From Reclinomonas americana ATCC 50394 (lineage: Eukaryota), in contig PS015061.1 of assembly GCA_048213135.1 (NCBI GenBank), forward strand, positions 31,172-95,171: DNA of 64,000 bases, read 5' to 3'. Shown in pieces: positions 1 through 11,382 of this stretch. The notes beneath the pieces are model-generated. The model was given only the letters and a program-made list of their open reading frames with translations. It was not told the origin of the DNA and made no database searches. Made by a program: the position numbers and the translations under genes. The stretch's first letter is position 1; each line of letters opens with the position of its first letter.

Positions 1-345
1 GTGTACAGCTTGACTGGCTCCACACCAACACATCGTCGATATGGGGCATTGGCCGGCATCTCATTGCCATTGACCGTCAATCCGCACTCGTGAGCTGGAC
101 AGCTGTTGAGAACGTGCATGTGTGTCTCCGACAGTTGAAGACCACACAGTCGGCAGTACTTGGAGACCGCAGGCCTGTATGCGTGCACTCTGGCAGCAGT
201 CGGCAGTGTGTCGGTGCGCCGTCTTGAGCGCCGTTGCAGACACTCCAGTCGCGCGCTTCACTGTATTCATATGTACAAAATGCGCGGCAGCGAAACGCCT
301 GAGCGAAGCGTTCGCTCACGGCCTGCTGCGAGAACCGGATCCGGA

Positions 346-987
346 TCAGGTGGCGGCAGACTTCATCTCCTTGCGCAAATCAATCAGCTTATTCAACAGC
401 TTCTCCAGACTCGAAAGCCAGCCGCCAACAGAGCTGGCCTTGACGTGCTGTCGGGCTCGCTTCAGTCCCTTGTCAAGCTGATATAGCTTCGCGTCATGGT
501 TATTGGTCCACGTCTTCAACGACGGGGGAAGCTTGTTGTCACGAAGGTACGCGACAAAATGCCTCTCCGCTCCCCGGTCAACAACCTGATTGCCTTCTGC
601 CGTCTTCACGCGCAAGTTCGCGTCGGCTGACAGAATCTCGCGGACAAACTCCATGTGGGCCTCGCTGGGTGCGGGGCCCGGCACTCGGGTTAGCGCAAGG
701 GCTGCAAGCGCAGCATCGATCAAGTGCGCGCCGTTGGGCCTCTTCTTCTTGAACTCGGCGTAGCTAATCCTCTTGATGGTGTTGCTCTTGCTGTCGTAGC
801 GGTAGTAGTAGTTCTTCGCGGATCCAGTCTTCCACACGAGCGGAAAGTCGCCCTGTTGTTGCTCCACATAGGCGGCTGTCTTCTTCTCGTGTCCCTTCTT
901 GAGTTGAGCCGCGGTGAACTCCTTCTTCGGCTTCTTCTTCGGCTTCTTCTTCGACTTCTTCTCCTTTGGCTTCTTCTCCGTCGGCAT
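346..987 (-). CDS. Intronless hypothetical protein with a Lys-rich N-terminus (about 213 aa)
   Basis: Uninterrupted ORF from ATG 987 (MPTEKKPKEKKSKKK...) to TGA 346-348. The globular part looks protein-like, but I recognise no family. Confidence 0.6.
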   Translation of the reverse strand: MPTEKKPKEKKSKKKPKKKPKKEFTAAQLKKGHEKKTAAYVEQQQGDFPLVWKTGSAKNYYYRYDSKSNTIKRISYAEFKKKRPNGAHLIDAALAALALTRVPGPAPSEAHMEFVREILSADANLRVKTAEGNQVVDRGAERHFVAYLRDNKLPPSLKTWTNNHDAKLYQLDKGLKRARQHVKASSVGGWLSSLEKLLNKLIDLRKEMKSAAT

Positions 988-1340
988 CTGGGGTGGAAAA
1001 GAGGTCAATCAGGCGTGTGTGAATGGGTAGAGGAGAAACGCAAGACCGAGTGCAAGGCGCGGCCGCAACTTGTAGAAACGTCAGAGACACCGACTGTCCC
1101 GTTGAATCCTCGCTTGGGACATTGGGGACGAAAAGTTATACCAAAACGTCAACGTCGGGCCGACATGGTCAACTTAGCTCACCAGCAAGCCTGCCAGCAG
1201 TCCCCTGTGTTCACGTCTACGACCACCAGGCAGCTGCTAATCATGTGCATGCCGAAACATCGAGACAAGACAAGCAGGTCGACATCGATTGCAACCAATT
1301 TCTCCGACCGACTTTTTCTTCACCCGCACGTGTGCAAAGA

Positions 1341-1932
1341 ATGCTTGCTTTCTTGTGGAACCTGTTCATCGGCCTTGTGCTCCTCTACATTACCTGCGTG
1401 CTCTACTGCATCATCTACGAGTACCGACGGTTCTGGTGGCCTGTCAAGCGCGCACCCATTCCAGGTGAGACACAAACACACACACACAGAGATAGAGAGA
1501 GAGAGAGGGAGAGAAAGAGAGGGAATGAGAGAGAGAGGAGGTGTAGATGTCACTTTGGCATTACTCCTCTCTCTCTCTCCCTCTCACTCTCTCTCTCTGC
1601 TNNNNNNNNNNNNNNNNNNNNNNNNNNNNNNNNNNNNNNNNNNNNNNNNNNNNNNNNNNNNNNNNNNNNNNNNNNNNNNNNNNNNNNNNNNNNNNNNNNN
1701 NNNNNNNNNNNNNNNNNNNNNNNNNNNNNNNNNNNNNNNNNNNNNNNNNNNNNNNNNNNNNNNNNNNNNNNNNNNNNNNNNNNNNNNNNNNNNNNNNNNN
1801 NNNNNNNNNNNNNNNNNNNNNNNNNNNNNNNNNNNNNNNNNNNNNNNNNNNNNNNNNNNNNNNNNNNNNNNNNNNNNNNNNNNNNNNNNNNNNNNNNNNN
1901 NNNNNNNNNNNNNNNNNNNNNNNNACAAACAC

Positions 1933-1981
<49 letters not shown>

Positions 1982-4520
1982 TAGTACGTACGTACGTACG
2001 TCTTCTCTCTCTCTCTCTCTCTCTCTCCTCTCACTCTCTCTCTCTCTCTCTCTCTCTCTCGTATGCACACCTGCCCCTTGCATTGCATCAGTCACTCACT
2101 GTCACGCACACAGTGCCCTTCACTCCTCTGACTGCAGAGACACGCGAGGAAGCCCTGCGCCGAGTTACACACAGACACACAATGCCATGACATGCATTCC
2201 AATCATTCATTCATGATCATTAGTGGCGCGGATTTGAGCGATCCTATGACAAGGCCAGCTTCTTGGTGACCGGAGGCTGCGGCTTCCTCGGCAGTGCGTT
2301 GTGTGCGGAGCTTCTCAAGCGTGGTGCCAAGCGCGTGGTGTCGTTTGATATGCAGTCGCGCAAGTCGACGGGTGAGTGTGCCTCTCTAGTTCTCTCTTCT
2401 GCACTTCTCACTTTCTCACTCTCCCTTGTGTCTACCGCCTCGCACCTCTCTCCTCTCCTCCCCCTCTCCTCTCCTCAATTCTCTTCGTCATCCTTCGCCT
2501 CTCTCCCTCCACCTCACCCTTCCCCCTTCCCCCTCCGACAGACCCCCGCCTGGAGTACATTGTCGGCGACATCACCGACTCCTCCGCCGTGACACGCGCC
2601 ATGCACGGCATCGACTTTGTGTTCCACACGGCCGCCATTATCGACCCGTTCTGCATGAAGGATGAGGTGAGTGCATTTGGGAGGAGGCGGCTTGCGTGGT
2701 CTCCTCACGATTTATTCGTTCTCTGCAGCTCATGGAGCGAGTGAATGTGTACGGCACCAGCTTCGTGTTGGAGGCTGCTCGCGCTACCAACGTCAAGGGC
2801 GTTGTGTTCACCAGCAGCACCGCTGTGCTTGATGGGTGTGTAGTGCGGGGGTAAAAGGGGTGTGCCCGTCTCTCCTCACACTCCTGACATGAGTACAGTG
2901 GCGAAGGATTCGACGGCGACGAGACCATCCCGTACCCCCCGTTCCCCGTCGACAACTACTGCGTCACCAAGGCCGAGGCTGAACGCCTTGTACGTCTTGT
3001 ACCCTTGTTTTCTCTCCCGTCGGCACCCTTCCGACCCACCACTTGCGCAGGTCCTGAAAGCCAACGGCAACGGCGGCGTCCTCACCACCGCCATTCGTGT
3101 GTTCTTGTTCTTCGGGCCCGGCTCTCTCATCAGCAACTACATGCACGAGTACCGCGACAACTACACCTTGTTTGAGCCGCGCCCGGAGCCTGAAGGCACG
3201 TGCTACATTGACAATGCGGTGCACGCACACCTGTTGTGCTTTGAGCGCATGAGTCCGGACACCGCTGTCGGCGGCCGCCCCTTCTTCATCACCGACGGCG
3301 AGAACGTCAACGGCTACAGCGCATTCGTCACGGTGCTGCGCAAGGAGCTCGGCGTGCCACCAGCAACGGAACGGCCCGCGTGGATGGGCCCGGTGATCGC
3401 CTACATCACGGATGGGTTCTCGCGCCTCACGCGCGTGCTTTCCGCCTTGTCGTGCGGTCTCATCCGCCCCCGCCCACCGCTGCTCAATCGCTCCCAGCTG
3501 CACTTCCCGTACGATCCGCACGCAATGGATATTACGGCGGCAAAGGAGGTGAGTGCGGGATGGGGGATGAGGTTCTGAGCTTCTTGGTTTCGCGTTCTTC
3601 TCCCTTTTCGTTGACAGTGGGAAAAGAGGTGTGAGTTTTCTTGGTTTCTCATTCGCGGAGTAAGAGGTTAGCTGCCTTGGGTTTCATCTCTATCGTTTCA
3701 TTGGCATTGGTGGAAGATGTGTGGGGTACTCCTCCTGTTTCATTGGCAGTGGGGGAAGAGGTGTGAGTTTTCTTGGTTTCTGATTCGCCTCCTGTTTCAC
3801 TGGCAGTGGAGTAAGAGGTGTGCTGCACTTGGTTTTCCTCTCTCCTCCTGTTTCACTGGCAGTAGGTGGAAATAGTGTGCATTTTCTTGGTTTCGCTCTC
3901 TTCTCCCCGTTTCATTGGCAGTGGGAAAAGCTTTCACACTGTCCTCCAGTTCCATTGACAGTAGGGGAAGAGATGTGCTGTTCTTGCTTTCATCTCACTC
4001 GTGTCATGGGCAGTGGGGGAAGAGGCGTGGGGTACTCTCCTCCTGCTTCGTTGACAATGGGGGAAGAGGCGTGCTGTCCTTGATTTCGCTCTCTCCTCTG
4101 TGTCATTGACAGCGGAGTAAGAGGCGTGAGGTTCATGGTTTGCACTCCCGTTTCATGGGGAAAGAGATGCGGGATTCTTGGTTTCTTTCGCGCTGTCCTC
4201 CCGTTTCATTGGTCAATGTCCTTTATGCGATGCATGTCAACCGTCGCCGCATTGCGAGATATCGAACGCCAGTTGTCCCTCTCCTCCCTCTCTCCATCTT
4301 TTTCTCTCTCTCTTTCTCTCTCCTTTCCTCACTCTAGTCACCCTTCTTGGCCACTCGCCCCTTTCGGCCCCCGCGCGCCTTTGTTTTCTTCTCACCCACC
4401 ATCTCGAATACACAGATTCTCGGCTACCGACCACTGGTTTCGATCGCCGAAGGCTGCCGCCTCACCGGCGAGATCGACCGCCAGCGCATGAAGGCGCAGC
4501 AAGCGTCAACCGCCAAGTAA
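1341..4520 (+). CDS. 3-beta-hydroxysteroid dehydrogenase/NSDHL-like extended SDR with an N-terminal TM helix (8 exons)
   Basis: Exons at about 1341-1464, 2138-2163, 2224-2371, 2542-2666, 2729-2835, 2899-2989, 3051-3548 and 4416-4520 join in frame through GT-AG introns. Motifs: LVTGGCGFLG (NAD binding), VFHTAA, VNVYGT, catalytic YCVTKAEAE, YIDNAVHAH, GRPFFITDG and C-terminal LGYRP. Confidence 0.88.
3575..4215. repeat. Degenerate minisatellite (about 45-60 bp unit, core CTCCTGTTTCATTGGCAGTGGGGAAGAGGTGTG) in the last intron of the HSD gene
   Basis: About ten diverged copies of tttcattggcagtgg / gaagaggtgtg / ttcttggtttc. Confidence 0.8.
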
Positions 4521-4643
4521 GCATGCGAGACACACGCACATGCGCCCAGAGGTGCTAGAGAGACGTGCAGTTCAATCATGGTCGACATTGCCAATTCCAC
4601 ACATGATGAACGGCGGAAAGAATGGAGGAGTGACAATTGGTAT

Positions 4644-5484
4644 TCACGCCACGGGTTGCGTCGGTGGTACGGTGGGCACTGCAGCAGAGTGGGTGGGGGT
4701 GTGGAGGTGATCGACACCATCAATGCTGAGAGCTCACTCTCACATTTCGCGTTTTGTTGTCTGATTCTTTTCTCGTCCAGCGATGCGGCATAGACATGTA
4801 GTGGCGAGTACGCTACCTGTGGAAGAGACACACTCACCACGCTCCTCGCACAGCGCGGCGCCCTCCTCCAACAACCGACGACATCGACACGGAAAAACTC
4901 CGGTTTTTTGGCCACGTTCACAATCATGACTGCCGGTGACGGAATGCACAGCAGCATGAATCCACGACAGAGGTGAGGGTGATAACGGGTATCGATGTGA
5001 TTGTCACCGCAACTGCACCGCTCTGCTGCAATGGTTGTCTGTGGCGGAGGAGAGTTCGATATCTTTGAAAATCCACCTGCTCATCGATGCAGCAGCAACA
5101 GCAGTGGGAGCGGTCTGCTGCGCACTGTGCACGAGAGTGGGAGAGAGGATGCGGGGAGTAATGCCTGCGAAATATTAAGTGCCACGAAATCCGAACACGA
5201 ACACACATGTTGTACGCCGGTGCACGCTTGCGTGTTGAGGCGCTGATGATTTGCAGGTGTGGTTGACCACGAGAAGAGGGCCGCAAACGCACCCACTCAC
5301 ATGACAAGGCGCACACAAGCAGAACAACACACACATCGTGTTGCATCAATCGCCACCCATCCGGTTTTGTCCATGTCCAATCGCGATTTGGGAAGAATTC
5401 GAAAGCCACTCTCCAAATACGCACAGTCGTCGTCGTCGTCGTCGACACTCGGGGCAGGGAGGCAGGCACAGAAGCAGTGCCCAT
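4644..5484 (-). CDS. Small multi-exon hypothetical protein with a Cys-rich segment
   Basis: ATG 5484 (MGTASVPASLPRV...). GT-AG introns join DRSHCCCCCIDEQ / TTIAAERCSCGDNHID...FRVD / VAYSPLHV...NAK / LPTVPPTQPVA* (TGA 4644-4646). No homology recognised. Confidence 0.4.
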
Positions 5485-5633
5485 TCACCACGCGTGTGCG
5501 CACGCTGTGTAAATTAAAACGAAGTTGCTGTGGTTAGCCGTGAACTTGAAGCCGGGCGCCCATCGAACCCGGGCCACCCACCAATAACCAACGAGGAGAG
5601 AGCGCGCGCAAGAGCAAGAGAGAGGCTCCCACC

Positions 5634-6067
5634 ATGGGGTCCTCCTCGTCCTCCTCCTCCCGCGCAACCTCCACGCCTCCTCTCCCTCCAATCGCCTCCG
5701 CCGCGGCCTCCAGCGCGCTCTCACTAGCCGCGCTGGCCGCAGGCACCGGCGAGCCCACTGCGCCTCTGCCAGCACACGCCGACTTTACCTCCACTGCTGG
5801 AGACACGGCCTCTGCCTCCTCAATGCTCGACTATGCCGTGCTCACACTGCGCCTCTCGCGCGGAGAGATTGAGGCGTTGCGCGAGTTGCCACTGGCCGTC
5901 GCGCAAACGCTGCGGTTGCTCGTGCCTAAGCGGCTGGTGAAGACAAAGACGCCGGCGAGGTTGGCGGTGTGGGTGCAGCGCATGCGAAAGTGCTTTGGTG
6001 AGTGAGTGCGTGTGAGAGATGAGCCATGACACCGACTCTCTCTCTCACTGTCATGACGCGTGTGTGT

Positions 6068-6132
<65 letters not shown>

Positions 6133-6234
6133 TGTAGAGGACTTCCGGAGATTGCGCTGTGATATGGATGATGATGATGGTGAGTGTGGTGCACCTTAGG
6201 CGACGCCTAATCCATCGCCTAGACGCACCTAAAC

Positions 6235-6298
<64 letters not shown>

Positions 6299-9200
6299 CG
6301 ACAGGCGCATCTGTACGCATACACAGAGCGATAGGCGCATAAGTACGCGTCACCTTACAACCAAAGCTCCTTCACTCCCTCGCTCTCTCTTCTCTCTCCC
6401 TCCCTCTCCCNNNNNNNNNNNNNNNNNNNNGACAGGCGGCCGATCTGTACGCGATACACACGAGCGATAGCGCCTAAGTACGCGTCACCTTACTAACCAA
6501 CGACTCCTCCTACTACCCTTCCTCTCCTCCCTCTCTCTCTCTCTCCTCCCTCCTCCCTCCTCCTCCTCCTCCTCTCTCTCTCTCTCTCTCTCACACTCTG
6601 TGGACCTTCAGGCGTCACCTGACACATCGCGTCCGCTCCTCCGATCCTTCACTTCTCGCTCTCCCTTCTCTCTCTCCTCCCTCGCCTCTTTCCTCTCTCT
6701 CCCCCTCCCTCCCTCGCTCACCTCTCTTTCTCTGCACAGCTTCTCGGAGCGCATTCGATCCCATGGACGTGCCTGTGGAGGGTCGATCGATGACGGTGTA
6801 TGCGGCGCTGTCGCAGGTGCTGCATCGGTGTATCGATGAGACGGTGATTATCGAGGTGTTGACGCTGATGGATACGCTGTTGGAGCATCGTTGCGTACGG
6901 AGGGAACGCGGGGGAGAGGGTCGTGCAGATGAGCTGGCTGTCGGGCGAGTTGAGCACGCAAATTTATCGAGTGAGAGAGAAAGAGAGCATGCAGACACAC
7001 GCATACGCAATGGCGTGGTGTATTTGTCAGCTTCCACTCTTCTTCCTTCCCCTCTCTCTTCCCTTCCTTCCTCTCTGCCCCCTTCCCTCTCCACCCCTTC
7101 CCCTCTCCGCCCCTCTCCACCCCCTTCCCCTTGTGCTCCCTCTCACTCCCCCTTCCTTCACCTCCTGCAGACGTCTACCTCACGGTCTCCACCCGACAAG
7201 CGGTTCACAAGCACGGCTTCATGGGCAAATTCGTGGCGCTGCTGTGCGCGCCGCCCATGAACATTCAATCGAAACGCATTCAACAACTGTGTGCCAACTG
7301 CTTGCATGCCGCCATGTTTGGTGCGTCTCTCCCTACCCCCCATTCTCCACACCGCTCTCTCTTCCTTACTCCGCTCGCGCAGAGTATCCCGCCAATCAGG
7401 ATCTCTTTCGCACCGAAGGCGGCCTGCAGTGGTGCATCACGCAGCTCTTTCTCACCTATACGCAGCCGATCTTCACCTTTGACGATCTGGAGGGCGGCTG
7501 CGGTGGCTCGGCCTCGCCGCACAGCGAAATGCCATTGTCGTCGTCGTCGTCCAGCTCCTCGTCATTAAGTGGCGGCGGGCGCTTCTACGATGTCAACGAG
7601 TCGCAGTCGTTCAACGGCAGCGACTCGAAGCAGCGTGTGCCGGCGCAGTCCAAGTGGGAGACCGAGGTGTGTGCCGAGGCTGGGTGGGAGAGAGAGGNNN
7701 NNNNNNNNNNNNNNNNNNNNNNNNNNNNNNNNNNNNNNNNNNNNNNNNNNNNNNNNNNNNNNNNNNNNNNNNNNNNNNNNNNNNNNNNNNNNNNNNNNNN
7801 NNNNNNNNNNNNNNNNNNNNNNNNNNNNNNNNNNNNNNNNNNNNNNNNNNNNNNNNNNNNNNNNNNNNNNNNNNNNNNNNNNNNNNNNNNNNNNNNNNNN
7901 NNNNNNNNNNNNNNNNNNNNNNNNNNNNNNNNNNNNNNNNNNNNNNNNNNNNNNNNNNNNNNNNNNNNNNNNNNNNNNNNNNNNNNNNNNNNNNNNNNNN
8001 NNNNNNNNNNNNNNNNNNNNNNNNNNNNNNNNNNNNNNNNNNNNNNNNNNNGAGAGAGAGAGAGAGAGAGGAGGGGAAAGGAGAGGGAGGAAGAGAGAGT
8101 ACAGATTGAAGAGACAAAAGGGACGGAAAGATAGAGGGATTAGAGAGAACAGCGAAGTGTCCACGGAAAGTATACTTCTGCTCACTCCGCGACGACAGGT
8201 GGCGGTGGTCATTCTCGGCTCGGCGGTGCTCGGGCATCGTGGAAATCAGGACGTGGTACGCGCCTCGAACGCGCTGTTGGAGCTCACTAAATTACTTCGA
8301 CCGGTGAACCGGGGCCACCACGGTCTGGCACTATGTGCCATCCAGACGCTAAAGCATTGTGTGCAAGGTACGCTTTGATGGAAGACGCCCTTTTCTTATC
8401 TCTCCATCTCTGTCGTGTGCAATTTCTGTCGGTCTTTCACCCTGTGTCTCTCCCCTTCCTTTTGCTCCCTTTCCTCTTCGTCTCATGTGCTATTCCTCTC
8501 TCTGTCCCTCTCTCCTGCGCTCTCCACATCTCGCTCTCTTTCTTTTTTCTCTCGTGTGCGATACCTCCTCCTTTTTCTTTCGTTGTCTCTCTCCCTTTCG
8601 TTCTCAATCCATGCCTCATATGTCGCTCTTGTTTCCTCTTCCCTCTCCTTCGTGCTCTTCACTCCTCTTGATCCATCTGTACCTCCCTCCCTCGCCTCTT
8701 TCATTCCCTCTCTTTCCCTCTCTGTCCACCTCTCCAATTTCGCTTTCTTTTTCCTCCCTCTCCTGCCTCCCTTCCTTTCCTCTCGCACTCTCTCTCCTTA
8801 TCTCTCCCTCTCCTTCACTCCCTTTCACTCCTCCTCCTCCCCAGCTGCCCCTTCTCTTCCTCCGTCTCTCTCCCTCCCTCCCTCTCGCTCTCCCTCTTTC
8901 TCTCCCTCTCCCTCTCCGTCTCCTTCTCACTCTCCCTTGCTCTCTCCCTCTCCCTCCCTCTCCCTCCCACTCCCTCCCTCTCTCTCTCTCTCTNNNNNNN
9001 NNNNNNNNNNNNNNNNNNNNNNNNNNNNNNNNNNNNNNNNNNNNNNNNNNNNNNNNNNNNNNNNNNNNNNNNNNNNNNNNNNNNNNNNNNNNNNNNNNNN
9101 NNNNNNNNNNNNNNNNNNNNNNNNNNNNNNNNNNNNNNNNNNNNNNNNNNNNNNNNNNNNNNNNNNNNNNNNNNNNNNNNNNNNNNNNNNNNNNNNNNNN

Positions 9201-11161
9201 NNNNNNNNNNNNNNNNNNNNNNNNNNNNNNNNNNNNNNNNNNNNNNNNNNNNNNNTCCTCTCTCTCCTCCCTCCCTCCTCCTCTCCTCTTCTCTCCTCTC
9301 CTCCTCCTCTCCTCTCACTCTCCCTTCGTCTCTCTCCTCCTCCCTCCCTCCTCCCTCCCACCTCCCTCCCTCCTCTCTCTCTCTCCCTCCCTCTCCCTCC
9401 CTTTCCTCATTCCCTCACTTCTCCTTCCACAGGGAACGAATCCAATGCACGCGCTCTGGAAGGTCTCGGAATTGTGAACTGGCTCATTCGGTGGTGGCGC
9501 GATGTCGACCTAGGCGTGTGCCGCGGTCGCAATGAAAGCGCTGCTTTGTACGAGGCGGAGCTCACGGACGTGGTGGACGCCATTGCGGTTTTAGTGCATG
9601 GTATGCGCGCGCACGCAGTCGCTTGTTCCCTTTTTGCTGTTGTGCATTGCTGTTCACCACGCTTCTGCAGAGAGTGCTGTTCATCGCGAGGATTTTGTGG
9701 CCAATCTCGGCCTTCAGACGGCTTCGCACTTTATCCGCAGTTGGAGAAGTGTGCCGCAGTTGTATCAATCATGTGTTGCTGTGTTAATATTATTGGAAAA
9801 TCTGCTGACCCCCGATGACGGTGAGGAGAAGGAGACGGAGAGGGAGAGAGAGAGAGGGAACGAGGAAGAGAAAAGCAAGAGTACGGGAGGAGAAGGGAGG
9901 TGCAGAGAGGAAGGGACGCGAAGAGCGACTCAAGCAGAGACTAAGATATTGATCGAGTAAGTTTGATTGAGGGAGTACTTGTGTGGGTGCCACGCAGCCA
10001 AGCACTTGGCGCTTGCTGATTTCTGTGCACCCCACACAGTATGGAACCGTCACTGGCACGACCTGGACAAGGTGGACTTTGAGCTGGCCGTCCAGGATCT
10101 CATCAATGATGAGCCGCATCCCGCGGTCGAGCAGCAGGCCATGGACTTTTTGGATATTGTTTATGCTGGTGCGTGCCGTTTTCCATGGCCCGCTTTACCA
10201 TCTCGATCGACTGACCTCCCTACCCCCTACAAAAACAGTCACTCGCACTCCGCCGGCCCCGAAAAACCCCGTGCGTGTGCCCCTACCACCCCCAATTTTG
10301 TACCACGCGCCTCTCCAGCGCCCGTCCTCCGCATCATTACCGGCGTCGCGTTCTGCCGACAAACCGCGCACACGGCGAGTTGTATTCGCCTCGGCACCTG
10401 CTGTGTCAGGCAGGAGAGGCAGCACGGAGCCTCCCGCCACGGTGTCCGCGAGCAGAAGACAGGCGGGCGCCGCTGTGCAGTCCTCCGTCGCCGTCTCGGC
10501 TGCTGCCGCTTCGGCATCACCTCCGCCATCGCGCACCGCCGCCTCGTCGTCACCGTCGTCGTCGACACTCACGCTTCAAGTTGGCGACGATGAGCCGGTC
10601 AGTGTGCGCGCACATGGTCGGACACCCGGCGAGCTGGCGGGGCACGATGGCAAGGTACACGCACCGAAGAAGAGATCGCCGCCGTCGTCGCCAAGCTCTG
10701 CGCCTCCAATGTCGCCGCCTCCTTCCGAGGCTCCCTCGCCTTCGTCGTCTTCCTCGTCGTCGTCGTCGAGTGCTTCGCCGGCCCGCAAGAAGACCAAGAC
10801 GCGCATCGTGAAGCCGGCGCAGCAGTCGCGGCCGCAACGTGCCACACGCACCGGCAAGAAGAAGAGTGGCGGAGACGACGTCGACGCCATGGTCGCCGCC
10901 GACTCGCCCACTGGACGAGGCACCGCGGGCACGATGACCGCGTCCTCGCCACCCGCGGCACTCACCGTGCAGCCCCTGCCCGACTTCCTCGTGCACTACT
11001 TGCAGACGGAGCTGCGAGACGAACTCGTGCGCGACTTTGGCGAAGCCGCCTTTACGGAGCACCTGGTCCGCGTGGCGCCCGGTGTCTCTGCACCACCACC
11101 ATCGTCGCACACTGCAGCGGCAGCTCCTCCTCCGTCCACGGTAGCCGGCAACAGGAGATAA
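5634..11161 (+). CDS. Multi-exon hypothetical protein: helical (ARM-like) middle and Ser/Pro-rich C-terminus
   Basis: ATG 5634 is followed by in-frame exons near 6740-6889, 7171-7320, 7383-7667, 8200-8368, 9433-9600, 9671-9820, 9960-10168 and 10237-11161. Segments such as LGSAVLGHRGNQDVVR and CVQGNESNARAL look ARM-like. Several introns contain N gaps. Confidence 0.65.
6058..6294. repeat. (TG)n and (CA)n microsatellites in inverted orientation within one intron
   Basis: (TG)n at about 6058-6130 and (CA)n at about 6233-6294, separated by about 100 nt of unique sequence. Confidence 0.85.
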
Positions 11162-11382
11162 TGAAAATACTTTGCTTAATCGCGTGTCGCTTTTCACTGC
11201 GAAGCCATTGAGGCGCTCTGTTGCGGGTCCACGGGCGCAACACTCTAGATCTCGCCGAGCCACACTATTCGGCTCACTTGGTTCTGGAGAGTGAGTACAA
11301 TCGTCAGCATTCGTCGCGAACAAAGCACACAGAGTGTGGTCACTCACCCGCACGCAGTCGTGCAGTCACCAGCAGTGTTCAC

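Noticed and set aside
1930-2060. (GA)n-GTAGTACGTACGTACG-(CT)n apparent hairpin, and TACG/ACGA-rich runs at 17221-17265, 38968-39030 and 40094-40210
   Set aside because: All lie beside N gaps and microsatellites and follow a T-A-C-G cycle typical of degraded pyrosequencing read ends. They are most likely sequencing or assembly artefacts.
3575-4215. Repeat-spacer-like appearance suggesting a CRISPR array (also 45050-45530)
   Set aside because: The repeats are degenerate, there are no unique spacers and no cas genes, and they lie inside spliceosomal introns of a eukaryote.
6300-6545. Imperfect direct repeat of about 110 bp flanking a 20-N gap
   Set aside because: The second copy is the same sequence with scattered single-base insertions. 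This indicates an unmerged low-quality contig overlap rather than a real duplication.
8359-9818. Long Leu/Ser/Pro- or Arg/Glu-rich ORFs in the ORF track (also 724-2216, 36667-37850, 38097-40514)
   Set aside because: They are translations of CT/GA microsatellites and N runs within introns.
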